The notes under the pieces: generated by a model
What the model was told of the DNA's origin: nothing
The model's database searches: none
The model's input: only the letters and a program-made list of their open reading frames with translations
Position numbers and translations under genes: made by a program
In this document: positions 37,178 to 48,464 of the stretch, piece after piece
How the letters are laid out: the number at the start of each line of letters is the position of its first letter
Position numbering within the stretch: position 1 is the first letter of the stretch
Origin: an uncultured Gammaproteobacteria bacterium
GTDB taxonomy: Bacteria > Pseudomonadota > Gammaproteobacteria > Steroidobacterales > Steroidobacteraceae
Assembly: GCA_963843295.1 (NCBI GenBank)
Contig: CAWJJP010000005.1
Span: 230,159-294,158 of the forward strand
DNA length: 64,000 nt
Reading direction: 5' to 3'

Positions 37178-37809
37178 CCCGCGTCATGTTGGTGGATGAT
37201 CACGCCGTCGTACGCACCGGATTTCGGCTGTTGCTGCAATCGCTGCCGGAGCTGTCGGTGATCGCCGAGGCGGAGAGCGGCGAGGCGGCATGCCAGCTGT
37301 ACCTCACCCTCGCACCCGACGTGGTGGTGATGGATCTTGCGATGCCCGGCATGGGGGGCCTCGAGGCGCTGCGGCGCATTCGCGCCCGGGATCCGCGAGC
37401 GCGGATCCTCGCCCTCTCTGCGCACGACGATCCCATGCACGCCCGGCGTGCGTTGCAGGAAGGTGCCCTGGGGTTCCTGCCGAAGCGCAGCGCCCCCGAA
37501 GCACTGCTCGAAGCGGTTAGCGCGGTCGCGGCAGGCCGGCGCTACCTCGATCCTGGCATCGCGCAGAAGCTGGCATTGGCGGAATTCGAGGGTGGCACGA
37601 AATCGCCGATCGAGCGCCTCTCGGAGCGGGAGTTCGAGGTGTTCGTCCGCTTGGCGGGCGGCGCCACGGTGCAGCGCATCGCTCAGGATTTGAATCTTTC
37701 CGCATCGACCATCGGCACTCATCTTTACAACATCAAACAGAAGCTGCAGGTGGCGAATCAGTCCGAATTGACGTTGATTGCCATTCGGCACGGGCTGATC
37801 GAGGCCTGA
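37174..37809 (+). CDS. NarL/LuxR-family response regulator
   Basis: Receiver 'VMLVDDH', 'VVVMDLAMPGMGG', 'ILALSAH', plus LuxR HTH 'LSEREFEVFVRLAGGATVQRIAQDLNLSASTIGTHLYNIKQKL'. Start overlaps the kinase stop. Confidence 0.9.
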   Translation: MTRVMLVDDHAVVRTGFRLLLQSLPELSVIAEAESGEAACQLYLTLAPDVVVMDLAMPGMGGLEALRRIRARDPRARILALSAHDDPMHARRALQEGALGFLPKRSAPEALLEAVSAVAAGRRYLDPGIAQKLALAEFEGGTKSPIERLSEREFEVFVRLAGGATVQRIAQDLNLSASTIGTHLYNIKQKLQVANQSELTLIAIRHGLIEA

Positions 37810-37818
37810 CCACCGCCG

Positions 37819-40230
37819 TTATTCCCAGCGTATCCGCACGCCCGCCCAAATGGCTCGCGGCGACCCCGGCGATACCGCATTTTCATTGGTCCAATCCGCC
37901 GGATCGGGACGGAACGAACCGTTGGGATCGAATGCATTGCTGGTGAGAAAGCCGGCCGTCGCATATTGTTTGTTCGTCAAATTGGCCACGCGGGCAAAGA
38001 GATCGGCGTATTTCGTGATGTGATACGTGCCCTGCAAATTAATGAGGGCGTATCCCGAAATCCAGCCGCTGCCGGAGACGAAATCCCCGGCGCCGTTGGT
38101 GCCTCCGGCGTGATTGGCGTTGTTCTCGTTGCCGTGAAGATACGAGCCCGAAGCCGCCACCAGGTTGCCGCCGAGGTCCCATCGACCGTTGAGCTGGTAG
38201 TCGAGCACCAGTCTCCCCGTATGCCGCGGGATCAAGGGAATCCGATCTCCGGGACGCACCAGGATGTTGCCGAGCGCATCGGCCGTGCTGTTCGATTCGG
38301 CGTTGACCTGGAAACTCGATTGGAAGGTGGCGTCGACGAAGCTGTATGCGAGACGCCAGCTCAAGCCGCCTTGCTTGCCGCCGAACGCTACGTCCAATCC
38401 CTGCCTGCGCGTATTGCCGACATTGTCGAAATATCCCTGACTGGTGGTCGCGGCGATGAATTGGATGTCGTTGTTATTGACGGTGTGAAACACATCCGCG
38501 CTCCAAACCAAACGCTGATCGGGCAAATTGCCCCGTAGGCCTACTTCTTCGGTTCGGGCAACCACCTGCTGGAGGTTGGGGTCGCTCGCGAAGTTGTTGG
38601 GCAGGCCGCAAGGCACGGCGGGATTGGAGCAGCCCAATTCGATCACCGTCGGTGCCCGGCTCGCTTCGTTGTAATCCGCATAGAACGTCCACGCATCGGT
38701 CGGCGTCACGGTGAATCCCAGCGAAGGATTCACGCGGCTGAAGGTGTGATTCCCGGTGAGAGGGCTCGCCTGATCGAATCCGGAGCCCACATCACTCACA
38801 TCCGTATCCACGCTGTACCCGTTCAGCGTCTCGGTGTTGCGGTTGTAGCGCACTGACGCCGTGACGTGAAGCAACTCGCTCGGCGAGAGCGTGTCGGTCA
38901 GATATGTCCCGACGATCTTGTTGCTGCCGCTGAGCGAAATGACGGTTTCGTCGTTGAACGGACCGGCCTCGTAGATCAGCGTCCGATTGGCCGCCAAGGC
39001 GCCATATTGATAGGTTTGCGCGAACGAGTCGCGGGAGTCGTCATAGTCCGCACCAACGATGGCCTGGTTTTTCCAGCCGAACAGATCCTGCGAATCGGTC
39101 AATTGCACGCCGGATCCCGCGCTGCGTTGGAGCAACCGGGAGACGGCGTTTTGGCCGGGGGCGCAATAGGCCAGATCCGCGCGGCTCGCCGGCGGCGCGG
39201 TGCAGTCGATCGGCGCCCCGGGATAAGCGGTTAGATAATTGCCGTTGACGTTGGAGTTGATGCTCGCGGTGGCGAGCCGGCGATAGTAAGCATTGGCCGA
39301 CAACAGCAGATGGCCGGTCAGAAACTGCGTGCCGGTGAGATTCACGAAATTAAGAAGATTCTGGGTGTAATCCGGCGTGTAGCTCGCCTCGCGCCGGAAA
39401 TCGAGCATGCTCTGCGGCGCGGCGCCGTTGCCGTACAAGCTGGTATCGTCATAGGTGTAGCTCAGATCGATATCGGTCTGGTCGTTTTGCCAGCCCACCT
39501 TGGCGAACCCCTGATAGAGCCTGCTCGGCGACAGGTCGCGCCAACCCGTCTCATCGAAATAATTGCCGGTGAGGAAATAATCGAAATTGCCGGCCTCCCC
39601 TCCGGATTCCGCCTCGAATGCGCGCCGGCCGAAGGATCCCCCATAGCCCTCGATCGCGGTGCCGGGATTGTCGTGTCCGCTCTTGGTCTGTACCGCGAGC
39701 GATCCGCCCAGGGTGTTGAGGCCGAACACCGGGTTCGAGCCCGACTGCAGCGTCACCGTCGAAATCGCCGATTCGGGGATCAGATCCCAGTTGACGGTAT
39801 CCCCGAACGACTCGTTGACACGCACACCGTCGACATAGACCGACAGGCCCACCGGCGTCCCGAGCAGCGGCGAGGCCGCGAAGCCGTGGTAGTTGAGATC
39901 CAATTGAAACGGATTATCCGCGCTCTGCGAGACGTTGATGCCGCTGAAGTTATTGTTGAGATACTCCGCAAGATCGAGCGTTTGCTGACGTTGCATGTCC
40001 TTGGCGTCGCCGGTCTGCACATTGGCCGGCACCTGGTTCAACGGTAAACCGAGCCCCGGCAGCGGCGTATTGGCGATGACGACGATCTGCTGCAGCTCCT
40101 GCGCGGTGGCCGGGTTGCCCGGCACCGCGCCGGTGTCCGCATCGGCCGCCCCCGCCGCAAGCGGCGCTGCCGAGGCCGCGAAGCAAAGCCAACTCCACGA
40201 CGTCAGAGTCGCTTTCCGGCGGTCCACCAC
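37819..40230 (-). CDS. TonB-dependent outer-membrane receptor
   Basis: Signal peptide, plug domain ('VVIANTPLPG..NQVPANVQ', 'GLSVYVDGVRVNESFGDTVNWDLIP') and a long beta-barrel with Y/F/W-rich strands. 803 aa. Confidence 0.9.
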   Translation of the reverse strand: MVDRRKATLTSWSWLCFAASAAPLAAGAADADTGAVPGNPATAQELQQIVVIANTPLPGLGLPLNQVPANVQTGDAKDMQRQQTLDLAEYLNNNFSGINVSQSADNPFQLDLNYHGFAASPLLGTPVGLSVYVDGVRVNESFGDTVNWDLIPESAISTVTLQSGSNPVFGLNTLGGSLAVQTKSGHDNPGTAIEGYGGSFGRRAFEAESGGEAGNFDYFLTGNYFDETGWRDLSPSRLYQGFAKVGWQNDQTDIDLSYTYDDTSLYGNGAAPQSMLDFRREASYTPDYTQNLLNFVNLTGTQFLTGHLLLSANAYYRRLATASINSNVNGNYLTAYPGAPIDCTAPPASRADLAYCAPGQNAVSRLLQRSAGSGVQLTDSQDLFGWKNQAIVGADYDDSRDSFAQTYQYGALAANRTLIYEAGPFNDETVISLSGSNKIVGTYLTDTLSPSELLHVTASVRYNRNTETLNGYSVDTDVSDVGSGFDQASPLTGNHTFSRVNPSLGFTVTPTDAWTFYADYNEASRAPTVIELGCSNPAVPCGLPNNFASDPNLQQVVARTEEVGLRGNLPDQRLVWSADVFHTVNNNDIQFIAATTSQGYFDNVGNTRRQGLDVAFGGKQGGLSWRLAYSFVDATFQSSFQVNAESNSTADALGNILVRPGDRIPLIPRHTGRLVLDYQLNGRWDLGGNLVAASGSYLHGNENNANHAGGTNGAGDFVSGSGWISGYALINLQGTYHITKYADLFARVANLTNKQYATAGFLTSNAFDPNGSFRPDPADWTNENAVSPGSPRAIWAGVRIRWE

Positions 40231-40233
40231 CGC

Positions 40234-40764
40234 TTACTTCGCTTCGGCGAGCTTCTTGAGATTGTCGAGTCCCGCCGTGTAGACCGCGCCGATGGTGTCG
40301 ACGGCCGTCTTGTCGTTCTCATTTCCGGCAGGCTGTTCGCCGGGGTTCTTGCGCTTGAATCGGCCCGACCAGGTTACCAGCGTCTTGTTTTTACCGGCCG
40401 ACACCACGGTGAACGTCGAGGTGTAATCGCTCACCGGCAATACACCCTCGATGATGGCGTATTTGAACGTGCGGCCCGCGTCGTCGAAGCTCAGCAGTTT
40501 TTCCTTGATCGTTCCGCCATCCTTCAAGGTGAGCAGCCGTACGGCGCCCGCGGTATTGTTCTCGCCCTCGACGATCTCATCCTTCGCCACTGCCGGATGC
40601 CAGGTGTTCAAGCCGTTGAAGTCTTTTGCCACGCGCCACACCGCGGCCGCTGGAGCGTTGACGGTAATCGACTTCTTGACGTGCAATTGCGGTGCCGCCG
40701 CCACACAGTAGCCGGCCGCCAAAGCGGATATCGCCAATACGGTTGCAGGGATCATCATTTTCAT
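40234..40764 (-). CDS. Periplasmic SRPBCC (START/Bet v1-like) ligand-binding protein
   Basis: ATG 40764 with GAGGAA upstream. Signal peptide 'MKMMIPATVLAISALAAGYCVAAA'. 'VNAPAAAVWRVAKDFNGLNTWHPAV...LTLKDGGTIKEKLL' fits the polyketide-cyclase/SRPBCC pattern. Stop lies 3 nt from the receptor start. Confidence 0.7.
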   Translation of the reverse strand: MKMMIPATVLAISALAAGYCVAAAPQLHVKKSITVNAPAAAVWRVAKDFNGLNTWHPAVAKDEIVEGENNTAGAVRLLTLKDGGTIKEKLLSFDDAGRTFKYAIIEGVLPVSDYTSTFTVVSAGKNKTLVTWSGRFKRKNPGEQPAGNENDKTAVDTIGAVYTAGLDNLKKLAEAK

Positions 40765-40812
40765 GGTCTTCGTTCCTCGTGTAGTTGTTGTCATCTCGCT
40801 CGATCGATCGTA

Positions 40813-43800
40813 TCAACTTGCATCGACGGGGCCCGGGGCCTCATCGACGCGGGCTGGGCGCAGCCAGCGCGCCGACAAGGGCGGAATCAGCAGCAGGCTG
40901 ACCAGCGTCGACGATACCAGGCCGCCCAGGATCACGACCGCCATCGGGCCTTCGATCTCGTGCCCGGGCTGGTGCAATTGCAGCGCCACCGGCAGCAGCG
41001 CCAGGCCGGTGAGCAGGGAGGTCAGCAGAACCGGCGTCAACCGCTCCTCGGCGCCTCGAAATGCGGTCGCGAGATTCCATGGCTGAAATTCCTCGCATAC
41101 CAGGTGATCATAGTGCGACACCAGCAAAATGGTATTGCGCGCCGCCATGCCGAACAGCGCGACGAATCCCACCATGGCGCCGAGCGTGAGAGTGCCGCCG
41201 GTCACCGCCACCGCCGCGACGCCGCCGATCAGCGTACTCGGCAGCGCCAACAGCACGAGCAGGACATGGCGCGCCTGCGTGAACGCGAGCGACAGCAGCA
41301 ACACGATCAACACGAAGGCCGCGATCGAATGCAGCAGCAGTTCGTTCGCCGCTGCGGCGTGCGCTTCGGCGACGCCGCCGTAGCGCAGATACACTCCCGG
41401 GGGCAATTCCACGCCCGATGCAATCGCCCGGCGTGCGGACCTCGCGTACCCAGTCTGGTCGGCGCCCTTCGAGGATGCAACGACGATCTGACGGCGCAAC
41501 CCGTCTTCGTGATCGATCAGGCTGCGCGCCAACACGGGCTCGATCGCAGCCACTTTGGACAGGGGGGCCGGCGCCCCGTCACGGCCGCGGACGAGCAGCG
41601 CGCCCAAAGCGGCCGGATCCGACCCGGCACCCGAGATGCGCACCACCACCGGCACGCTGCGGTCGGCTTGATTGAGCTGCGAGGCGACGCTGCCGTGGTA
41701 GGCCGCATTGATGACTTGCAGGGCATCCTCCGCCTGGATGCCGTACAGGGCCAGTTGCTCCGGGCGCATCTCCACGCGCAGCTCGAACTCGCGCGGCGGA
41801 ATGCTCAGGCGAACGGATTTCGTGTCGGACAAGTGCTGCAGCACCTCGACGATCTGCGCGCCGACACGGTCATCGGCATCGAGATCGGAGCCGATGACGC
41901 TGATCGAAAACGGCGCCGACTCGCCGGACAGCGTCTCGCCGATTCGCTCGGCCAATACCGAATAGATCTCCACCAATTGGTTCGGATAATCATCGAACAC
42001 GTCGCGGATGGCGGCGTCTATTTCGGTGGCGCTGGTGCCGCGCCGCGGGTCTATCTGCACCTCGAACTCGCTCTTGTTCGGCGCGTCGGGGTCCTGCCCG
42101 TTCTCGGCGCGCCCGATTTGCTCGGCTACGCTCTTGACGCCGGGAATTGCGATCAAACCCTTGGAGATCTTTTCGCCGACCCGCCGCGTCTCGCCGAGCG
42201 ATATCCCCGGTCTCAGGGACGCATGGGCGATCAGGTAGTTCTCGCGAAAATCCGGCAGTAGTCGCGCGCCGAGCATCGGCAGGCAGACGATTCCGGCGAC
42301 TCCGCTCACGATCAGAATCGTCAGCAGAGTGCGCGGACGCTCGCTCAAGTAGGTGATGGTGCGCAGCTGTCCGCGCTTCAAATGTCGCAGAAACGCCGCC
42401 TCAGGCTTCGGTTGATGATGTGCCATCGCCAATGCGCACAGCGCCGGTGTCGCGCTCATCGCAACCAGCAACGACAGGCCTACCGCCACCAGGAATGAAA
42501 TCGACAACGGCCGGAAGAACGACCCCTGCAGGCCGGTCATCATCAGAATGGGCAGGAAGGCGACTGCAACGGCCGCCGTCGCGTAGAAGACCGGCCTTCG
42601 CACCTCGAGCGAGGCGCTCATGAATAGTTCACGAATGTCCGTCTCGCGCGTCGCGTTGCGACGGCGGCGCAGGATGTTCTCGACGTCGATCACGGCATCA
42701 TCGACGACCACGCCGAGCGCGACCACGAGGCCGCCGAGCGTCATCGTATTGAGACTCAAGCCCCATGCTTCGAGAATCCAAACGGTGGTCAGCAGCGTGA
42801 GCGGAATCGCGCTGAAGGACACGAGTGCCCCACGCCAGTCCCGCAATGTCAGCAGCAACAAGGCAACGACGAGCACCGCTCCGATTGCGAGGGAGTTGCG
42901 GAGCTTCTCGATGGCGCTTTCGATGAAGCTCGCGGGCCGCAGCAGCGCGGGATGGTAGGTTACTCCCTGCTTGGCCAACGCCGGCGCGAGCGAGTCGAGC
43001 CGTTGTTCGAGTGCGCGCGTAACCTCGAGGGTGTTGGCGCCGAACTGCGTCGAGGTTTCGATCAGAATACCGGGGCGTCCCGCGATCAATGCATCCCCGA
43101 AGCGGGGTGCGGCGCCGTCGCTGACACCGGCGACGTCGCGCAGGCGCACCGGTAAACCCGCCCGCATGCCGATGACCGCTTGTGCGAGCGCATCGAGCGA
43201 GGAGCCGGGCGCCTGCGCCTGGATTACGATGCGCTGCGCCGGCGTTTCGAGATAGCCGCCGCCAATGAGTGAGGTCGCATGCTTGGCGGTCGCCAGCACA
43301 TCATCGAGATCGAAGCCCATCGCGGCGAGCTTGATTGGATCCACCGTAATCTGGCGCTCGCGCACTTCGCCGCCGAAAATCTGCGCCTGCGCGACACCGG
43401 GCACCGCGAGGATTTGCGGCTTGACCGTCCACTGTACGAGGTCGCGCAACGCGAGGGGCGACAGACGATCGCTGGTGTAGCCGAAATGCACCAGGTATTC
43501 CATCGAGGAGCTCAGGGGCGAGAGCAGCGGCGCGCTGACTCCTTCCGGCAAGAGGCCTGCATAGTCGGCCAGGCGTTCGGTGACCACTTGACGCTGCCGG
43601 TAAGGATCACCGCCGCGATCGAAGACCACCTGGATTGCCGACAGTCCTTGACTGGAGGTCGAGCGGACCGTCTTGACGTTTTCCGTTCCCGCCAGCAGCC
43701 CCTCGAGCGGGCGGGTAACGAGCGCTTCGACCTGGGTCGCGTCGAGTCCCGGCGCCTCGGTTTGTACGAGTACGTGCGGTGGCGCAAAATCCGGGAATAC

Positions 43801-43911
43801 GTCGAAGCGCGCCTCGATGAGCGCGGCGGCACCGAGGACGGCGATGAGGCAGGCGAGCGCGGTTATGATGCGCGGATTACCGAGCGAGGCGCGAACGATG
43901 GCGGCAAGCAT
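40813..43911 (-). CDS. RND efflux permease (1032 aa)
   Basis: 12-TM RND architecture. 'FPDFAPPHVLVQTEAPGL' N-terminal block and TM4 motif 'GVVVDDAVIDVEN'. Subfamily not assignable by eye. Confidence 0.92.
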   Translation of the reverse strand: MLAAIVRASLGNPRIITALACLIAVLGAAALIEARFDVFPDFAPPHVLVQTEAPGLDATQVEALVTRPLEGLLAGTENVKTVRSTSSQGLSAIQVVFDRGGDPYRQRQVVTERLADYAGLLPEGVSAPLLSPLSSSMEYLVHFGYTSDRLSPLALRDLVQWTVKPQILAVPGVAQAQIFGGEVRERQITVDPIKLAAMGFDLDDVLATAKHATSLIGGGYLETPAQRIVIQAQAPGSSLDALAQAVIGMRAGLPVRLRDVAGVSDGAAPRFGDALIAGRPGILIETSTQFGANTLEVTRALEQRLDSLAPALAKQGVTYHPALLRPASFIESAIEKLRNSLAIGAVLVVALLLLTLRDWRGALVSFSAIPLTLLTTVWILEAWGLSLNTMTLGGLVVALGVVVDDAVIDVENILRRRRNATRETDIRELFMSASLEVRRPVFYATAAVAVAFLPILMMTGLQGSFFRPLSISFLVAVGLSLLVAMSATPALCALAMAHHQPKPEAAFLRHLKRGQLRTITYLSERPRTLLTILIVSGVAGIVCLPMLGARLLPDFRENYLIAHASLRPGISLGETRRVGEKISKGLIAIPGVKSVAEQIGRAENGQDPDAPNKSEFEVQIDPRRGTSATEIDAAIRDVFDDYPNQLVEIYSVLAERIGETLSGESAPFSISVIGSDLDADDRVGAQIVEVLQHLSDTKSVRLSIPPREFELRVEMRPEQLALYGIQAEDALQVINAAYHGSVASQLNQADRSVPVVVRISGAGSDPAALGALLVRGRDGAPAPLSKVAAIEPVLARSLIDHEDGLRRQIVVASSKGADQTGYARSARRAIASGVELPPGVYLRYGGVAEAHAAAANELLLHSIAAFVLIVLLLSLAFTQARHVLLVLLALPSTLIGGVAAVAVTGGTLTLGAMVGFVALFGMAARNTILLVSHYDHLVCEEFQPWNLATAFRGAEERLTPVLLTSLLTGLALLPVALQLHQPGHEIEGPMAVVILGGLVSSTLVSLLLIPPLSARWLRPARVDEAPGPVDAS

Positions 43912-43917
43912 GCTGCG

Positions 43918-44889
43918 TCAGTCGTCCTCATCACCGTCAGCTGCGTGCCCCGCCATCCCTTGCAGCGACCACAATGCGCCGGCGCCGCGTACGACGATGT
44001 CGTCGTCGTCGTCGACGCCCTCGATGAGCCAGCCGTCACCATAGGTCGCGAGCAAAGTCACCTTCACCGCTGCGTAGCGCACGTTCCGATCCGCGGAGCG
44101 ACTGACCACCTGTTTGAAGACGTAGGGACCCTGATCATCGTACAGCACCGAATCGCGAGGTACGACGAAGCCCTTGCGCGCCGCCGCCAGCAAGGCCACC
44201 GGCACGCGGGCGCCCGGTCCGAGCCCCGATGGTGCATTCTTCACCTCGACCAGAAGACCGGCACTTTGCAGCTCGCCCGCCTGGCGCAATGGGCCGAGCA
44301 CCCGTCCCGGCACCTGCAGCCCATCGACATCCAACAGGGCATCGCGCGGAATCGCTCCCACACTGTGCCGACCGGCGACATCGGCACGAAGCAGTACGCT
44401 GCGGCCCCCGGTCGCAGCGTCGATGAGGCTCTGCCGCTCACTCATCGGGAGCGCGGCGATCGGACCCCAATGCAGGGCGAAGCGAGCGCGTGCCGTTTGG
44501 ATCTGGGCCTGCGCTCTTGCCTGCTCAGCCTGCGCCGCTTCGAGCATCTTGAGCGATGCGCCGGCACCGGCGTTGACGAGGCCGCGCAATCGCAGGACCT
44601 CGGCAGATGCCGACTGCTCGCCGGCGGCGGCGGCGGACACCTCGCCTGCCTCCGATATCAAATCCGTCGCATCCAATACGACCCCGAGCGCTGGGGTGCG
44701 CACGGGTGTAGTGGCGGCCAAGGGATGGGCGACGCCTATTCCAGCCGCCCGCAGCTGTTCGGCATTGAGACTCGAACTTCCCGGCGGTGGTTCACCGTGA
44801 ACGGCCCCTCCGGTTTCGCCGGCAGCGGCGACGGAATGACTCACCACCAGTGCGGCGATGGCCAGTCCTATGTTCCGAGGATTCCCCAT
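43918..44889 (-). CDS. RND periplasmic adaptor (membrane fusion protein)
   Basis: Signal/anchor 'IGLAIAALVVSHSVAAA', coiled-coil hairpin ('AQAEQARAQAQIQTARA') and beta-barrel blocks. Stop lies 6 nt from the RND start. Start (44889 or 44934) uncertain. Confidence 0.8.
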   Translation of the reverse strand: MGNPRNIGLAIAALVVSHSVAAAGETGGAVHGEPPPGSSSLNAEQLRAAGIGVAHPLAATTPVRTPALGVVLDATDLISEAGEVSAAAAGEQSASAEVLRLRGLVNAGAGASLKMLEAAQAEQARAQAQIQTARARFALHWGPIAALPMSERQSLIDAATGGRSVLLRADVAGRHSVGAIPRDALLDVDGLQVPGRVLGPLRQAGELQSAGLLVEVKNAPSGLGPGARVPVALLAAARKGFVVPRDSVLYDDQGPYVFKQVVSRSADRNVRYAAVKVTLLATYGDGWLIEGVDDDDDIVVRGAGALWSLQGMAGHAADGDEDD

Positions 44890-45053
44890 GTCGTCGCCGC
44901 CGTATATGCCTCGAAGACCGCGCTCTTGCGACATAGCATATCCCAAGGACGCGGCCCGGACCCCACGCACCTCGGTGCTGCGCCGGAGGAATGACGGCGA
45001 TGCGCCTCCATCTGATACATTTCAGGCATATTCTCTTCTCGAGGAGGCTCACC

Positions 45054-45413
45054 ATGGGAACCCTGCGCACTGCAAGCGCCTGGATGTGTGCGACGATCGT
45101 GTTTGCGCTCGCCGCTCACGATGCTCAGGCCGGGCCGGCCGCGCCGGACGGCACACACGGCATGAGTGCCGGCGGAATTTGGAAGGCGGTGGTGCCGGCG
45201 CAGCCGATGAGCGGCGAGTTCGATGGTTTCGATCCGATCGGCGTCGCCTCGGGAGCGAAAATCAAGGCCGACTGCTCCATCAACTGGATCGATCCCGATG
45301 ACGGTAAGCGCTACTGCTTTTCCAGCGGCACCTCATTGGAGTTCTTCCTCGATCAGCCACATACATCCATAGAACGCGCGCGCAAGGGCTGGGAGAAAAT
45401 GCGGCGCCGATGA
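45054..45413 (+). CDS. Small secreted hypothetical protein (possible YHS/TRASH-like C-terminus)
   Basis: ATG 45054 after GAGGAGG. Signal peptide 'MGTLRTASAWMCATIVFALAAHDAQA'. 'CSINWIDPDDGKRYCFSSGTSLEFFLDQP' loosely resembles YHS-type domains. Family call is weak. Confidence 0.5.
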   Translation: MGTLRTASAWMCATIVFALAAHDAQAGPAAPDGTHGMSAGGIWKAVVPAQPMSGEFDGFDPIGVASGAKIKADCSINWIDPDDGKRYCFSSGTSLEFFLDQPHTSIERARKGWEKMRRR

Positions 45414-45419
45414 GACGAA

Positions 45420-45449
45420 GGATCGGCGACGCGCATGCGTCGCCGATCC
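45420..45449. terminator. Bidirectional stem-loop between convergent genes
   Basis: GGATCGGCGACGC-gcat-GCGTCGCCGATCC is a perfect 13-bp stem. It lies between the stop at 45413 (+) and the stop at 45482 (-). Confidence 0.6.
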
Positions 45450-45481
45450 CCCGGCACCGAGCTGTGCTCACGAGCGGCGTA

Positions 45482-46741
45482 TCAGAAGAAAAAGATTCCA
45501 CCGATCGCGAAGTCTTTTTCGGTCGCCTCGTTGCCATTCTGGGCTTTCGCCTTGGTGTCGATGTATTCGCCGACCAGATTCACACTCTTGGTCAGGGCGT
45601 AGTAGAGCCCGACGACTCCCGAGGCATTGCTCTTGAGAAGGTTGGTCGCAGGAAGCGCCTCTTCATTATTCGACTGCTCGAGCTTGGAAATGCCGTAGCT
45701 CAAGCCAATTTTGAGCTTGTCGAGCTTGTACGTTGCCTGCGCGTAGCCGCCGTTCGACTTGCGCGTGCTACCCAAGTCGTCGGTGGCCAGAATGAAGAAG
45801 CCGGTCGTCCCGATCCCTTTTCCGCTGTACCCGTACAGCACCCCCTCGAACCCCGCGACATCGATCTTGACGCCGCCGTCGACGCCGGTGCCCGTAAAGT
45901 CGCTCGAGATGCCGGCAGCGTTATTACCCGCAACGGTATCGGAGACCGCCTTCGCATGCTGGGTGAAGCCGTCGATCCAAACTTTGCCGTTCAGGGCATC
46001 GCTCTTCGGGTCGCCCCACGCGTAGCTCACGCCCACTTGCACCTGAGGTGAGTTGTGGGACGTATAAGCCACCGTGCCCGATGTCGAATCGAGCGGCTGA
46101 AACACGCCTGCCGACGCGCTGAAGCCGCTCCAAGTCGGGGTCGTGTAGGTGATCTGCGGTTCCCAATCGGTGTAGATGTAGCCGACGCCGATCCGTCCCA
46201 AGCTGGTGTTGCCGGGCGCGGCGTTGCCCGCCGCGGTGCCCATCCCGAGCAAGGTCATGTCGTCGAGAATCGCATCCTTGCCGAAGAGACCGATGTCGCG
46301 CCCGATTTTCACCGTGCCCCAACTGACATCGCCGAACGTGAAGAATGCCTGGCGTGCATCGATGCCGGGGGTCTGGAGGGCCGCTGGTAAGCCGGGGCCG
46401 TTGACGCCTGCGGCCGCCGAACTGTTGATGCCGGGATAGAACCCGATGGTCACGTTTACATCGTAATCGGCCTGCCGCGAGGAAGCGCTGAACACCAGCG
46501 CGGCCGGCAGCAGGCCGTTGCGCACCGAGGCGGAGTTATCGCCCGTACAGGCCAGACCACCGGTGACGCTGGTGTTGGCGTTGTGGTCGCAGGTGGTGCC
46601 GACATAGAATCCGTTCACGTTGCCGGAAAAATCCACCTTCCAATCCCCGGCGGTGATGTCAATTCCGGCAAGCGCCTCCGATACTGGAATCATCCAGATC
46701 GCGGCACCCATTGCGATGACCAGCTTGGTACTCGTTTTCAT
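45482..46741 (-). CDS. Outer-membrane porin (trimeric general-porin type)
   Basis: ATG 46741 after AGGGGG. Signal peptide 'MKTSTKLVIAMGAAIWMIPVSEALA', alternating beta-strand pattern and a C-terminal '...GGIFFF' aromatic terminus. Confidence 0.8.
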   Translation of the reverse strand: MKTSTKLVIAMGAAIWMIPVSEALAGIDITAGDWKVDFSGNVNGFYVGTTCDHNANTSVTGGLACTGDNSASVRNGLLPAALVFSASSRQADYDVNVTIGFYPGINSSAAAGVNGPGLPAALQTPGIDARQAFFTFGDVSWGTVKIGRDIGLFGKDAILDDMTLLGMGTAAGNAAPGNTSLGRIGVGYIYTDWEPQITYTTPTWSGFSASAGVFQPLDSTSGTVAYTSHNSPQVQVGVSYAWGDPKSDALNGKVWIDGFTQHAKAVSDTVAGNNAAGISSDFTGTGVDGGVKIDVAGFEGVLYGYSGKGIGTTGFFILATDDLGSTRKSNGGYAQATYKLDKLKIGLSYGISKLEQSNNEEALPATNLLKSNASGVVGLYYALTKSVNLVGEYIDTKAKAQNGNEATEKDFAIGGIFFF

Positions 46742-46953
46742 GAAAACCCCCTTGTCGCTTCGAGTTTCTATAACGTGATTGAGCATTGAACGCTTCGGCA
46801 TCGACACTGCACTCGCCAGACGCCGCGTGGCGTCGCGTGAAGCCTGCCGCGGACGCTGCAAGAGGCGTACCAATGCGCAACAAAGGAAAAAACCGCGCAA
46901 AAGCGCACGTTGTTTTTGTGCTACGGCCGAAGTAGTTCGCGACTGTCACGTCT

Positions 46954-46986
46954 TGAATCAAAACTGTCGCATTTTGTATTGATTCA
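46954..46986. promoter_or_regulatory. AT-rich imperfect inverted repeat TGAATCAAAAC...TTTTGTATTGATTCA
   Basis: The 7-nt arms TGAATCA (46954-46960) and TGATTCA (46980-46986) enclose inner CAAAA/TTTTG arms. Lies about 205 nt upstream of the sigma-54 -24 box and about 215 nt upstream of the porin start. Role unknown. Confidence 0.25.
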
Positions 46987-47093
46987 GATACAGGCCCCGC
47001 CGGATGCACATCGGCGACGGTCACTGCTGCGATCACTCCATGCCATCGCTCCTCGAGCGCTCCGCTGCCTCAATTCTGTGGCACAAACTGTAG

Positions 47094-48377
<1,284 letters not shown>

Positions 48378-48464
48378 GGAGGCAGGGCGAAGTTTATCGG
48401 TATGATTCACGGTCCAAGAGAAGCCGCGTGAGCGGCTGTTAGAAAACCATCGAGAGGAACCATT

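Noticed and set aside
40813-43911. Calling the RND pump a CzcA/CusA heavy-metal exporter
   Set aside because: TM4 reads 'VVVDDAVIDVEN'. This resembles the VDDAIV..VEN of multidrug-type pumps more than the DFG..DGA..VEN of CzcA. The subfamily cannot be decided without an alignment, so only the generic call was made.
40597-44994. Plus-strand ORFs 40597..42261 (554 aa) and 43279..44994 (571 aa)
   Set aside because: Both are shadows of the RND permease and adaptor genes on the minus strand, with no motifs.
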